DNA of 64,000 nucleotides from Isurus oxyrinchus (Eukaryota), in assembly GCA_026770705.1 (NCBI GenBank), contig JANJGN010000034.1, positions 4,588,001-4,652,000 of the forward strand, given 5' to 3'. The notes beneath the pieces were generated by a model that did not search any database, was not told the origin of the DNA, and saw nothing but the letters and a program-made list of their open reading frames with translations. Both the position numbers and the translations under genes were made by a program. Of this stretch, positions 57,101 through 64,000 are shown piece by piece. Numbering within the stretch: the first letter of the stretch is position 1; the number at the start of each line of letters is the position of its first letter.

Positions 57101-60100
57101 ATTACTTTCAGAGTGGTTTTCAGGATCGCATATCACAATTTGCTCAAATATGACTTTACACACAGAAAATCGCCTGTTATCATTCAGAATTCTCCAATAA
57201 ATTAATAAAATCTCTTCTGGATTGAGGTGTTAATTTGCATTATTGTGGTAGACAACAACGTGCCCTGCGTTAGGCGTTTTGCTGTCAAATGTAAAACAAT
57301 GATTTTAAACCAGCGCTGGAATTACAACACGTACAGAAAACTAAACATACGTGTAGACTTTCACCATCCAATATTGAAAGCAAACAATCATGCTGAATTA
57401 TGCCGAATCTGTTAAATTAGAACTAATAATAATATCTCAGGAAGCTACTCTGCGTCAGCAGACAATTATAACAAACTTTTTTTCTGATGAATCAATTAAG
57501 ATACTTCCTCAACAAGAACCCATTTAGCTATGCTCAGCGTTGACTTCGCCAGTGCAGAACCAGAACTTATTTCAAAATCTTGAACAAAGGATTAGGCAAG
57601 TAGCTGAATTCGAGTGGTGAGATAAGAGCGGCAGCCCTGAAATCAAACAGAATTTGACCAAGTGTCGCATTTCTAACCCAGCAAAGTGAAGTCAAACTGA
57701 AACAGCGGTAGCACTTCTCCACATGTTGCAGTCATAACCATCAGAAAAAAAAAACATGACTGCTGTTATTAGGCGCCAATTATCTGAGAACTGAGAGATG
57801 AGTTCCACGGAGAAGTGTATTTGGCCAAGTTTATTCAACTGTTTCATAGGTGAACTGCCTTCATAAAGTGTATATATTTGCTGATAATTGCACTTCGTTC
57901 ATGGCCAATCACGATCCCATTCTTTGCGATTATCTTCATGTTGAATGCAACAGAACTCGGACAGAGATCAACAATGGCAAGTTTCATTTGCTTTGCACAA
58001 GTATCGGGACATGACCATACCCAACAAAAGAGAATGAACCAACTATTCATGGCATTAAATTATATTGGCATCATTGACGTCCCAACCGTCAACATCTCCC
58101 GTTCATCATTGACCACAAAATTTACCAGACAAACTGATTTGTTTTGCTTCCCCAGGAGGAGGTCAAATTCTACAGTGAACAAGCTACATGCAATACGGTC
58201 AAACACCCCCCCCCCCCACCCCAACCTTGACTATCGAAAAATGTCAATTATCCACAAGAGACAAGCCTAGGATGTGATGACATACTCTGAATCTGCCATG
58301 CGGAAAGCATTACGATGCGGAAAAATCTACATATCATCCAGTACAAAATATATTCATGCGAACTCTAATCAACTCATTATATACCTACTTACTTCATCAT
58401 AGCGCAATTTATATTATATACAAGATTCAGTTTAAATAACTCACCAACCTCCGCTGGCAGCACATTTCAATCTTGCGAATTTTATAATCACGAAGAGATA
58501 GGCCAGCAATTAAATGGAGAAAGCATCACCCAAACTTCACCCCAAATCCCTGAATACACATGTAACAGCAACAGCACACAGTTGCTGGCAGTGTAGCAAT
58601 ATTCTAGAAATCACGGCCACGAAATTTGGTTTTGTAACAAAATTGTATGAACACCAGGGGGTAAAGAATGCTGTTCACCAACAATTTCTCTGGGGTAGTT
58701 AGAAACAGTTGATTCAAAGAAGGTATATAAAGTCGGCCGTATCCCCTGCTCTACGGATCGCAGGAGCCTTCAAAACGACTCAGTTTGCCTGTCCGGAAGC
58801 ACCATCGTGCTGATCAACGTGGCAATTGCCCAGGAATATTAAAGATCCTATAGGCAAATCTCTTGTACCAAAGGACATTTTGCGAGTGCCTGTGACTCTG
58901 AAACATCGGATCATTAACTCATTTGTAAACTAAGGTTTTGTACCCAAAGTAACCAAACAGATTAAACGCTGATCGAGCAATTCGGTAGCACTGTTACATA
59001 CCCAGACCACCCCTTCTTACCCCGCCTCCCCAAAGGCACGAGGTGATTAGCCCCCTGAGACTGACATTGCCTTTCTACCCGCCTACCACTCGACGACCTC
59101 CCGGGCCAATCCAGCAACCAACAGGCCATTCCAGTACACAAGACAATCCAACAGACAACCAACTGGATCGAATGACCGCGAGGCCAGACCAGACTACAAT
59201 AAAAATGTGACGAGCCCCAAAGCTAACACAATATCCACCTACACATCCGAACCTCTTCCTCACTCCATCCAGCTCAGGTACCTACACACTTACCCGTCCT
59301 CGAACTGAGACACTTCAGCATACCTACGCATTCACTTATTCCCCACGAAGCCACACAGCCATTCTTTCTATCAACCGTTCATTGGTCCGTTCACTAACAT
59401 TTAAAAACCAACTCCAGCTTTTGCCATTAAAAAGTGTTTATCCTGTTCTCTCCCAGTTCAATTACGTTCGGAAGGACTTCACCAAGGGAAAATGGATGCG
59501 CAATTATCTGAGCATTACACAGAAGTGGAATACTCTTCGAACAGGGTGTCAATCCGCTCATTATCTGCGCTGCTGGGAACATTGGGATAATGTGACTCTG
59601 CTCTACATGTAACTGAACGTTTAATTCATTTTTTCTCAGTCTTCTCATAAAAACGGAATTGTTCCTTCAGAAAAAGTGCTATAGCTTGATGACTTTTAGG
59701 TGCAGCACAATTCTCTGATGAACTCATTCTCTCAAAATTGGGCCAAGGGAGGTTTTCGTGTTCACTCTATACTTATGCGATCATTTAAATTACTTTATGC
59801 TTCCGCTCTGTAATATCGGCAAGGAAAAAAAAGAAGTAAATTCTGCTCATGAATTTCTAAGCAAATTATTTTTCTATGCTTAGAATGCGACGATCTTCAG
59901 GAAATGTGCAGTGAGTATCAAATTAGTCTTCACTTTCGGGCATGTTGCTCGCGATTTGCATGTTCCTGGATTCTTCCTTTATTTTTTCCCAGACTTTTTA
60001 ATTATTCAAAAACAATTTAGTGAGTCGCAACAGTGAAATAAGTCACTCAGCCGAAAGCTGAAAGCTCCATATGCAAATGTTAATATTGTCCACTCGAGGA

Positions 60101-62195
60101 AACCTATCAGTATTTATGTTCCTCATATCAAACTAAGCCCTTGGGCAGATCTGGTCTCTAGAAGCATTCGTTAACCAAACTTGCAATGCTGCCAAAATAC
60201 CCAATTTGCACATAAAATAAAATCAAATTTTGGATATACTCAGCCGTTCTGAAAGCACATGTGACGATTGAAACACACCTAGTGTTTCAGACCAATGGTC
60301 TTTCAGCAGATCGATCAGAGGCCATCGGCCTGAAATATTAACTCTCTTTAATTCTCCACAGATGCTTTCTGCCGTGTTGAGGATGTTCAGCATTTGCTGA
60401 TTGATTTTCAGGTTTCACCTGCCCGCAGTATTTTGCTTTTGTTCTGGGTTCTATGTATCTTGTCTGTCGACCATTAGCAAACTGTGCATTACAGCGTTTC
60501 AATTGTGCATTGTTAAATTCCAATGAGTGCACTTGGTACAGATATCATTCCCAGGTGCCTTGGATTGATTTAAGAATAGAATGAACTAATCTCTTCTACA
60601 TATTTAAAATAAAAACATATAAAACACCATTGCAATTGTACAGTGATAATTAAGTAACCATAACTGCGCTGAGCATTTCTACCTAATAGGAAATACTGTC
60701 AAGATATGTCTCGTCACTCTGGAAGAGATAATATTTATGGTCTGGCGATTGAGGACTTGAATTAACATATTATTTTTATGAGGTCGTTATAGCGAAGGAG
60801 TTTCAATTTTTGAGCAAGTAGAACATTTTCACTCACTATTTCGTGAATAGTGTAATCAGGCTCATCATTATATTACTCACATAGTGCTACCAATGAACAA
60901 CTACCCAGCAGAACAAACTTTTGTAAAACAGCGTTGGTGTGTTATCTGAAAAATTGATAAGTTGGAGGAAGAAATGAATGGTACATTATTCTTATGGCAT
61001 TGGTTAACTTGGAGCGGGAGGACGGCCATGTGTAGCATAAACGCCACAGAGTAGATGAAACAAGGTGCCTAGTTTTCTTAATTCAAAGAGTTGTGACGTT
61101 TTCGGGTGTTTGTTTTTCCACAATTTTATTATTTATATTCAATTGGCTTCATGGCATGAAAGCACTTGGCAGAAGAGCATGTACATATCAGTTGCTCTGG
61201 TAACTTATTAAAGATCAATGCATTAAAAGCTTGACCTCACCTGGCCAGAGTAACAGAACTGAATAACAAAAGCCACTCTGGGGAACGATTTATGCCTTCT
61301 GCGTTACTGTAAAGCTTCCATCAACATACTTGCAGCATACGTTTTCATTGCCATCATACCTAACAGAAAAGGTTTCTACATTCTCTTACAGAAGCCGAAC
61401 AGGGGAAAAAAGATGCAGGTGGAATACATGAATAACTCTGCACTGCTTTGTTTGTTTACATCGGGGCAGGGATGGGGGGGGGGGGGGGGGCGAGGTGATG
61501 TGTGGGAGGGGAAGCAACTTGTGCATTTGTTCTTGTGGATACCATAAAACCAGACATGCAGGGACAGTAATATTTCAAAGGGCATCACATCCCACCGAGC
61601 GTCAAGTTCCTGTGTGCTCCCCGGGAAAACGTAGAATTCTGAATACAAAGCATGAGTTGATAATGCTAGAATGCAGCACTGTTGAATTGTATCACTGTCG
61701 GAGGTACTTTCTAATGGAAGGGTCTAAAGAATCCTGTTAGGTGGATGTGACAAATCCCCGTGAACTATTTCAAGCAATATGTTTGTTTGTTTTTTTCGCT
61801 TGTCTTTGTCCATGCCTGTTTTTGAGCAATCTTCACGAACTATGGTATATATATAGTTTCAAAAACATAACAGTTATTTATTGGAGATACCTGAATGAGA
61901 ATGCGATGCCCTGTTCTCCAAATTGCAATGACAAGTACATTTCAAAGAGTACTTCATTGGATGTTGAATCTTTATAAAATCCTGACTCCATGAGCTGTGC
62001 GATAGAACTGCAAAATCCACTGCTACTAAGCTTGAAGTGCTATGACAAAGACATGGTAGGTAGAGTTGTGTGGCAACTGGAAAACTGGTTTATTTGATAA
62101 GATGTTTGGTAGAAAAAACGGTAATGTGATGTGTAAAATGCGTTCGTTGTAATTTTCAGAGATACAAAAGCTCAACAAAAATGTTGAAGCAATAG
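132..62195 (+). CDS. Partial multi-exon gene (interior only): 37 microexons encoding a ~387-aa coiled coil with a 21-aa repeat
   Basis: 18 exons of 36 nt and 19 of 27 nt, all AG|exon|GT and phase 1-1, with no stop when joined. Translation by exon: ELTECKESSKDL KEKLKDVQK GLDGFKKVIGDS DEKLKLKAK ELTACKETVKAL EAKLDAKQN ELEDVNKVAVGS EEKIKTKEN ELSTCKEALKDC EEKLKSKEN EATKCKEDFKAL EKDIKSKEN ELSDCKESLKVL EKKLKAKQN ELDDVKKANDGS DEKYKTKDE ELPHAKTTLKIL EEKLKMNED ELIGCQDNLNYL KGELKEKQE ELETAKKATDDA KGQMESKDA ELKSCKESLKDL EEKLKSTQT DLDGVRKVAHDS DQKIKSEEN EFIQCKESLKVL DQELKAKHK ELGDCLEALKKI EEKLKLKST DLLKCEESSKET EEKLKLKST DLLKCEESSKET EAKLKAKEK ECDDLQEMC KAEQGKKDA EIQKLNKNVEAI (first residue depends on the upstream exon). 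Confidence 0.88.
502..528 (+). CDS. Microexon type B, 27 nt
   Basis: ttatag|AGGAAAAGTTG...CAAAAAG|gtattt; (K)EKLKDVQK. Confidence 0.8.
1162..1197 (+). CDS. Microexon type C, 36 nt
   Basis: ttctag|GACTGGACGG...GACTCAG|gttagc; (G)LDGFKKVIGDS. Confidence 0.82.
2815..3110. repeat. T-rich low-complexity tract, degenerate (TTTA/TATT)n
   Basis: Repeated atttattt/tatttatg-like units. Confidence 0.6.
3495..3521 (+). CDS. Microexon type D, 27 nt
   Basis: taacag|ATGAAAAACTG...GCAAAAG|gtaact; (D)EKLKLKAK. Confidence 0.85.
4560..4595 (+). CDS. Microexon type A, 36 nt
   Basis: ttgcag|AGCTCACTGCATGC...GCTTTAG|gtgagc; (E)LTACKETVKAL. Confidence 0.88.
4969..4995 (+). CDS. Microexon type B, 27 nt
   Basis: ttacag|AAGCAAAACTG...CAAAACG|gtatta; (E)AKLDAKQN. 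Confidence 0.82.
5719..5754 (+). CDS. Microexon type C, 36 nt
   Basis: ttccag|AACTGGAAGAC...GGCTCAG|gttggc; (E)LEDVNKVAVGS. Confidence 0.82.
5900..7560. mobile_element. Degenerate, internally inverted Penelope-like retroelement (RT and GIY-YIG endonuclease fragments)
   Basis: Plus ORF 6431-6946 has GVAMGTRMSTSYACLFVG and YKPTDSHSYLDYSSSHP...PFSQFLHLRRICS (Penelope-type RT/thumb). Minus strand ~7360-7470 reads VYYIRCSQ*GLFYIGGTKRKLGDRFAEH (GIY-YIG, with a stop). Terminal-repeat-like segment at 5905-6040. Confidence 0.8.
8540..9530 (+). mobile_element. 5'-truncated CR1-superfamily LINE remnant (RT C-terminal half to 3' end)
   Basis: ~8595-8680 reads CFINYLPSIMRSESGILAEDCTIFSTI (decayed FADD motif); related copies at ~27890 and ~58040. 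Confidence 0.7.
10214..10240 (+). CDS. Microexon type D, 27 nt
   Basis: taacag|AGGAGAAAATA...GAGAATG|gtaact; (E)EKIKTKEN. Confidence 0.85.
11264..11299 (+). CDS. Microexon type A, 36 nt
   Basis: ttccag|AGCTCTCCACGTGC...GATTGTG|gtgaga; (E)LSTCKEALKDC. Confidence 0.86.
12453..12479 (+). CDS. Microexon type D, 27 nt
   Basis: taacag|AAGAAAAACTG...GAAAACG|gtaatt; (E)EKLKSKEN. Confidence 0.86.
13529..13564 (+). CDS. Microexon type A, 36 nt
   Basis: ttccag|AGGCGACCAAATGC...GCTTTAG|gtgaga; (E)ATKCKEDFKAL. Confidence 0.86.
   Translation, partial: RRPNAKRISKL
13951..13973 (+). pseudogene. Decayed type B exon (23 nt, frame-breaking)
   Basis: taacag|AAAAAGAGCTTAAAGAAAATAAA|gtatta, 386 nt after exon A (the usual A-B spacing) but 4 nt short. 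Confidence 0.65.
14683..14718 (+). pseudogene. Decayed type C exon (both splice sites lost)
   Basis: atccat|ATCTAGACAATGTTATAAAAACCGCAGGTACCGTTG|agtagcac; acceptor CAT, donor AG; expected spacing and downstream tagcac...gggctggg motif retained. Confidence 0.55.
15788..15814 (+). CDS. Microexon type D, 27 nt
   Basis: gaacag|AAAAAGACATC...GAAAATG|gtaatt; (E)KDIKSKEN. Confidence 0.82.
16858..16893 (+). CDS. Microexon type A, 36 nt
   Basis: ttccag|AGCTCAGTGATTGT...GTGTTAG|gtgaga; (E)LSDCKESLKVL. Confidence 0.88.
17281..17307 (+). CDS. Microexon type B, 27 nt
   Basis: ctacag|AAAAGAAGCTG...CAAAACG|gttaag; (E)KKLKAKQN. Confidence 0.8.
18050..18085 (+). CDS. Microexon type C, 36 nt
   Basis: tcccag|AGCTGGACGAT...GGCTCAG|gtgagc; (E)LDDVKKANDGS. 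Confidence 0.86.
20058..20084 (+). CDS. Microexon type D, 27 nt
   Basis: ttacag|ATGAAAAATAT...GATGAGG|gtaatt; (D)EKYKTKDE. Confidence 0.83.
20625..20810. mobile_element. Short non-autonomous element related to the Penelope terminal repeat at 5905-6040 (two opposed partial copies)
   Basis: aaaagcagaaaatgc...ctcagcagatcaggcagcac... followed by ...gcatccgcagtattt, the reverse complement of the ctgcggatgc motif at ~5915. Confidence 0.55.
20880..20955 (+). mobile_element. CR1-type 3' end fragment
   Basis: gaatggcg...ggctcgaag...gaatggcctactcctgct...ttctatg...ctatgt tail. Confidence 0.6.
21338..21373 (+). CDS. Microexon type A, 36 nt, with internal compensated frameshift
   Basis: ttcaag|AGCTCCCGCATGCAAAAACAACTTTAAAGATTTTAG|gtgaga; (E)LPHAKTTLKIL; weaker AAG acceptor. 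Confidence 0.65.
21761..21787 (+). pseudogene. Decayed type B exon (donor GT to CT)
   Basis: taacag|AAGAGAAGCTGAAAGTAAAGCAATCAG|ctgtta; EEKLKVKQS intact but no GT at +1. Confidence 0.65.
22414..22448 (+). pseudogene. Decayed type C exon (acceptor CAT, 35 nt)
   Basis: ttccat|AACTTGTCAAGTGAAGAAAGCTGTTGATGATTCAG|gttaac; 1 nt short with in-frame TGA; followed by the C-intron motif gctgggttgg. Confidence 0.7.
23677..23703 (+). CDS. Microexon type D, 27 nt
   Basis: ttacag|AAGAAAAATTG...GAGGATG|gtaact; (E)EKLKMNED. Confidence 0.83.
24582..24617 (+). CDS. Microexon type A, 36 nt
   Basis: ttccag|AGCTCATTGGCTGC...TATTTAA|gtgaga; (E)LIGCQDNLNYL. Confidence 0.82.
24865..25100 (+). mobile_element. CR1-type 3' fragment inserted in an A-B intron
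   Basis: ctctggaacactcttt...catgatcttatttaatggcggac...gctgaatggc...gtcgtatgtt; explains this intron being 605 nt versus 334-402 nt in other units. Confidence 0.6.
25223..25249 (+). CDS. Microexon type B, 27 nt
   Basis: ttacag|AAGGAGAACTG...CAGGAAG|gtactt; (K)GELKEKQE. Confidence 0.82.
25961..25996 (+). CDS. Microexon type C, 36 nt
   Basis: ttgcag|AACTGGAGACA...GACGCAA|gttagt; (E)LETAKKATDDA. Confidence 0.82.
27880..28730 (+). mobile_element. CR1-superfamily LINE 3' remnant, same family as 8540-9530
   Basis: Shared blocks: cagcaccatt..gact.ctcag, aaactaaactggactagctat..atactgtggct, atctacaagatgca, ccagcgacgcccac tail. Confidence 0.65.
29134..29160 (+). CDS. Microexon type D, 27 nt
   Basis: caacag|AAGGACAAATG...GATGCTG|gtaagt; (K)GQMESKDA. 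Confidence 0.84.
30145..30180 (+). CDS. Microexon type A, 36 nt
   Basis: ttccag|AGCTGAAATCATGC...GATTTAG|gtgaga; (E)LKSCKESLKDL. Confidence 0.88.
30541..30567 (+). CDS. Microexon type B, 27 nt
   Basis: tttcag|AAGAAAAGCTG...CAAACGG|gtatta; (E)EKLKSTQT. Confidence 0.82.
31117..31152 (+). CDS. Microexon type C, 36 nt
   Basis: ttacag|ACCTGGATGGT...GACTCAG|gttagc; (D)LDGVRKVAHDS. Confidence 0.85.
33096..33122 (+). CDS. Microexon type D, 27 nt
   Basis: taacag|ATCAAAAAATA...GAGAATG|gtaatt; (D)QKIKSEEN. Confidence 0.83.
34186..34221 (+). CDS. Microexon type A, 36 nt
   Basis: ctgcag|AGTTCATCCAATGC...GTTTTAG|gtgagg; (E)FIQCKESLKVL. Confidence 0.86.
34624..34650 (+). CDS. Microexon type B, 27 nt
   Basis: ttgcag|ATCAAGAGCTG...CACAAAG|gtactt; (D)QELKAKHK. 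Confidence 0.82.
35415..35450 (+). pseudogene. Type C exon with lost donor (GT to GA)
   Basis: ttcaag|AACTGGATAAGGTCAATAAAGGCACCGAAGACTCAG|gacagcac versus consensus gttagcac; ELDKVNKGTEDS still open. Confidence 0.65.
36829..36864 (+). CDS. Microexon type A-like, 36 nt
   Basis: ttccag|AGTTAGGTGACTGC...AAAATAG|gtgcgt; (E)LGDCLEALKKI. Confidence 0.8.
37481..38500 (-). mobile_element. Old CR1 LINE 3' fragment (copy 1)
   Basis: catagaatcatatcataga reverse-strand microsatellite tail followed by a decayed RT C-terminus; right boundary approximate. Confidence 0.6.
38732..38758 (+). CDS. Microexon, 27 nt (duplication copy 1)
   Basis: taacag|AAGAAAAGCTA...AGTACAG|gtagat; (E)EKLKLKST. Confidence 0.83.
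38843..42720 (-). mobile_element. Long degenerate CR1 LINE (copy 1)
   Basis: Minus ORF 39088-39408 [25 protein letters not shown] (CR1 ORF2 C-terminus); minus 41509-41775 WLRKGQDWQINIPG (APE endonuclease N-terminus); many stops and frameshifts. Confidence 0.85.
43330..43870 (+). mobile_element. CR1-superfamily LINE internal fragment (copy 1)
   Basis: Decayed endonuclease-RT linker-like coding (caaccctcaaggaact...ctcgcagtgtttatcatccagaagagtgag); family assignment by resemblance. Confidence 0.45.
44644..44679 (+). CDS. Microexon type A-like, 36 nt (duplication copy 1)
   Basis: ttgcag|ATCTTCTTAAATGC...GAAACAG|gtgagc; (D)LLKCEESSKET. Confidence 0.8.
44926..45945 (-). mobile_element. Old CR1 LINE 3' fragment (copy 2)
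   Basis: Duplicate of 37481-38500. Confidence 0.6.
46175..46201 (+). CDS. Microexon, 27 nt (duplication copy 2)
   Basis: Identical to 38732-38758; (E)EKLKLKST. Confidence 0.8.
46286..50165 (-). mobile_element. Long degenerate CR1 LINE (copy 2)
   Basis: Duplicate of 38843-42720; ORFs 46531-46857 and 48960-49220. Confidence 0.85.
50775..51315 (+). mobile_element. CR1-superfamily LINE internal fragment (copy 2)
   Basis: Duplicate of 43330-43870. Confidence 0.45.
52089..52124 (+). CDS. Microexon type A-like, 36 nt (duplication copy 2)
   Basis: Identical to 44644-44679; (D)LLKCEESSKET. Confidence 0.8.
53290..55080. repeat. Strand-skewed degenerate repeat: C/A-rich arm (~53290-54360) and G/T-rich arm (~54600-55080)
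   Basis: Left arm rich in cccac/accc/ccgac, right arm rich in gtggg/ggtt/ggtag. Confidence 0.6.
55732..55758 (+). CDS. Microexon, 27 nt
   Basis: taacag|AAGCGAAGTTA...GAAAAAG|gtaacc; (E)AKLKAKEK. Confidence 0.83.
55925..56268 (+). mobile_element. tRNA-derived SINE resembling elasmobranch Deu-core SINEs
   Basis: A-box-like gtggagtggtattg head, central catctgcttcactgatgtcgtttggggaag block, 3' tail gggcaataactgctg...gccagcgacgctcacatccc, A-rich end. Confidence 0.7.
58040..58700 (+). mobile_element. Highly decayed LINE 3' remnant, family of 8540-9530
   Basis: atccacaagagacaagcctaggatgtgatg..atactct and aactcaccaacctcc...cagcac blocks collinear with the other two copies. Confidence 0.5.
59884..59910 (+). 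CDS. Divergent microexon, 27 nt
   Basis: ttttctatgcttag|AATGCGACGATCTTCAGGAAATGTGCA|gtgagt; (E)CDDLQEMC; phase 1-1. Confidence 0.65.
60275..60445. mobile_element. Short Penelope-related element with opposed hammerhead-like cores
   Basis: gtttcagaccaatggtctttcagcaga / tcgatcagaggccatcggcctgaaatattaactc...ctccacagatgct...ccgcagtattttgctttt. Confidence 0.55.
61392..61418 (+). CDS. Divergent microexon, 27 nt
   Basis: ttctcttacag|AAGCCGAACAGGGGAAAAAAGATGCAG|gtggaa; (K)AEQGKKDA. Confidence 0.62.
62160..62195 (+). CDS. Microexon, 36 nt
   Basis: tttcag|AGATACAAAAG...GCAATAG|gtgagc; (E)IQKLNKNVEAI. Confidence 0.75.
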   Translation, partial: RYKSSTKMLKQ

Positions 62196-63009
62196 GTGAG
62201 CAAAATATTAAATATTAAGTATGCAGCGAAAATATATCGTAAAATAGATTTAATCATTAATTTAACCATGTGGCATGTAATCACTCCAGTGTTGACGGCA
62301 CATTTTGCCCAGTTTGGCATTCCTATACATTACAAAGCCTTGGATGGCGAGTGGTAAATAAGCGACAGGGAGTTTCTTTAAGTATGCAGTCAGTTGCAAT
62401 GAAGTTCAAGAAAGGAGGGTGTCAATGCTTTGTGGTTGCTAGTGAGTCCAGCAGAGCCTGAAAATTTCTGTCCTTGAGTTATTTGGTTGAAGAGATCAGA
62501 TATGATTGAGTTCAGCTATTGCGGATATGGAACATGGGTGCTTTAAATTAAAATGTAAAATCGACAATCCGGGACAATGGCATCACCATTGGAGACGAGA
62601 TAGAGTGGCAATAAATTTGCATCGGAATTTATAGTAGCGATTCAGTTTGCTTTAGATCAGGCATCATAACTGTTCGGCCTGGGTGGTTTGTAGAATTTGT
62701 GAGTCTTGGTGCAGACCTCATAACGCAAAAAAAACTATAAAACATTTGAGCCAACGTCCTAGATTATAGTCAGATAGGGGTGAGTGATATTATTGGTGAG
62801 AATAAGTGCATGAACATTTGGAGGAAGAGATCATGCTGTTGTTAGTTCTAGTGGATCTGTGAAAATTTGGATTGTCCTGCCTTTCTGTTATGCACATAGG
62901 TTGGAATGAAATACGTTATTGAGAGAGATTCGATAGGAGTCCGTTCAAGAAGGGTCGAACACTGAGACGATTCAGCAAATCAAAGATAAGGCGCAACATG
63001 CCAAGATTA

Positions 63010-64000
63010 ATCAGAAATAAACAGTGGACAACAAAGTAAGTTAAAAATTGCTTTAGACCAAATAAAGTGGCTTAATAGGCTGACAGAACAAGCAATACAA
63101 TCGAATGATTGGGAGATTAGAATCAACAAAAGTGTGATCAAGAAAATGATCAGAATTGGGAAAGGAAGGGGCAGGAAATCCAACGAGAATCAGCAAGGCG
63201 AATTTTTGAGAAGTTTCTTTATGAATGTGAAAAAAAGGGAAAATATTAGGAAAGGAAACTATCAGCACATTTCAGGCGGGGAGAAGATAACCTGTAAAGG
63301 GGAACCGGACAATTGCGGAGAAGCTAACATTTTCTTAGTGTCTCTCTTCAAGGAGGATTACCCAGAAAATTTCCCAGTAATACTAGGGGACCAATAGACT
63401 TATGAAAAAGACAACAGGAAGGAATCAGTATCTTTCAAGAGGCGATACTCGCAAAAAAAATAAATAAAACAATTGGATTGCTGTTTGATAAAAATAAATA
63501 TTGTACCAAATGAGTAGCAATTCCGATTATTGAAAATGGAAGTTATTGAAATAGAGAATACATTCGTGGCTACCTTTCAAATTTCTATATATTTTGGAAA
63601 GATTGCTGCAGACTCTAAATCACCTAATGTAGCCCAACTACTCATGAAGGGAGGGAAAGAGTACCACTGAGTATCGACCAGTTATTTTGACATCAATAGT
63701 AGGGAAATTGCTCGAACAAGTCTACTTATGAAAGGGGAATCATGCCTGATAATGCTGTAGGAGTGATTTGAATATGTTGCTTGCAGCATAGAGATAGGAG
63801 AAATAATTGTCATGGTGTATTTGAATGTTCAGGATAAGTACCTTAAGATAGAAAAAAAATGATTGGTTTTGTTGTTAATATGAATTGCAAATTGGTTAAA
63901 GAATAGAAAAGAAAGCTAGCATTAAGCAGTTAATTGTCAAGTTGGCTGGTTGTTACTAGAGCGGCATCACAATGAACAATGCACGGGACACAGCTGTTCA
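63010..64000 (+). mobile_element. Decayed CR1 LINE ORF2 fragment running off the window
   Basis: ~63625-63720 reads NVAQLLMKGGK...YRPVILTSIVGKLLE, matching the CR1 pre-RT motif NVTPLFKKG...NYRPVSLTSVVGKLLE. Confidence 0.7.

Noticed and set aside
132-62195. Assigning a gene name (myosin, tropomyosin, BG/butyrophilin, CD23, tetherin)
   Set aside because: Only generic coiled-coil sequence is visible and no diagnostic domain lies in the window; the analogies are architectural only.
25-63397. ORF-track entries as stand-alone genes
   Set aside because: Short, no recognisable domains apart from transposon fragments; expected by chance in intronic DNA. A few (e.g. 5589-5777) merely overlap a real microexon.

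Overview
Eukaryotic, AT-rich, intron-dominated vertebrate DNA; the repeat content (CR1-type LINEs, a Penelope-like element, a tRNA-derived SINE) suggests a cartilaginous fish, which is inference. Most ORF-track entries are spurious or transposon debris. The main signal is invisible to the ORF track. The whole window is the interior of one plus-strand gene built from at least 37 phase-1 microexons, which alternate strictly 36 nt / 27 nt from 132 to 55758. Spliced, they give a stop-free frame of about 387 codons (1161 nt) encoding a K/E-rich coiled coil with a 21-aa (3-heptad) repeat and a periodic core Cys. The array grew by tandem duplication of a 4-exon (A36-B27-C36-D27) genomic unit. Five or so decayed exon copies were lost in 36+27 pairs, and a recent 7445-bp tandem duplication added exactly one more pair. 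No start, stop or terminal domain lies in the window, so the gene is unidentified. All coordinates were read by eye.
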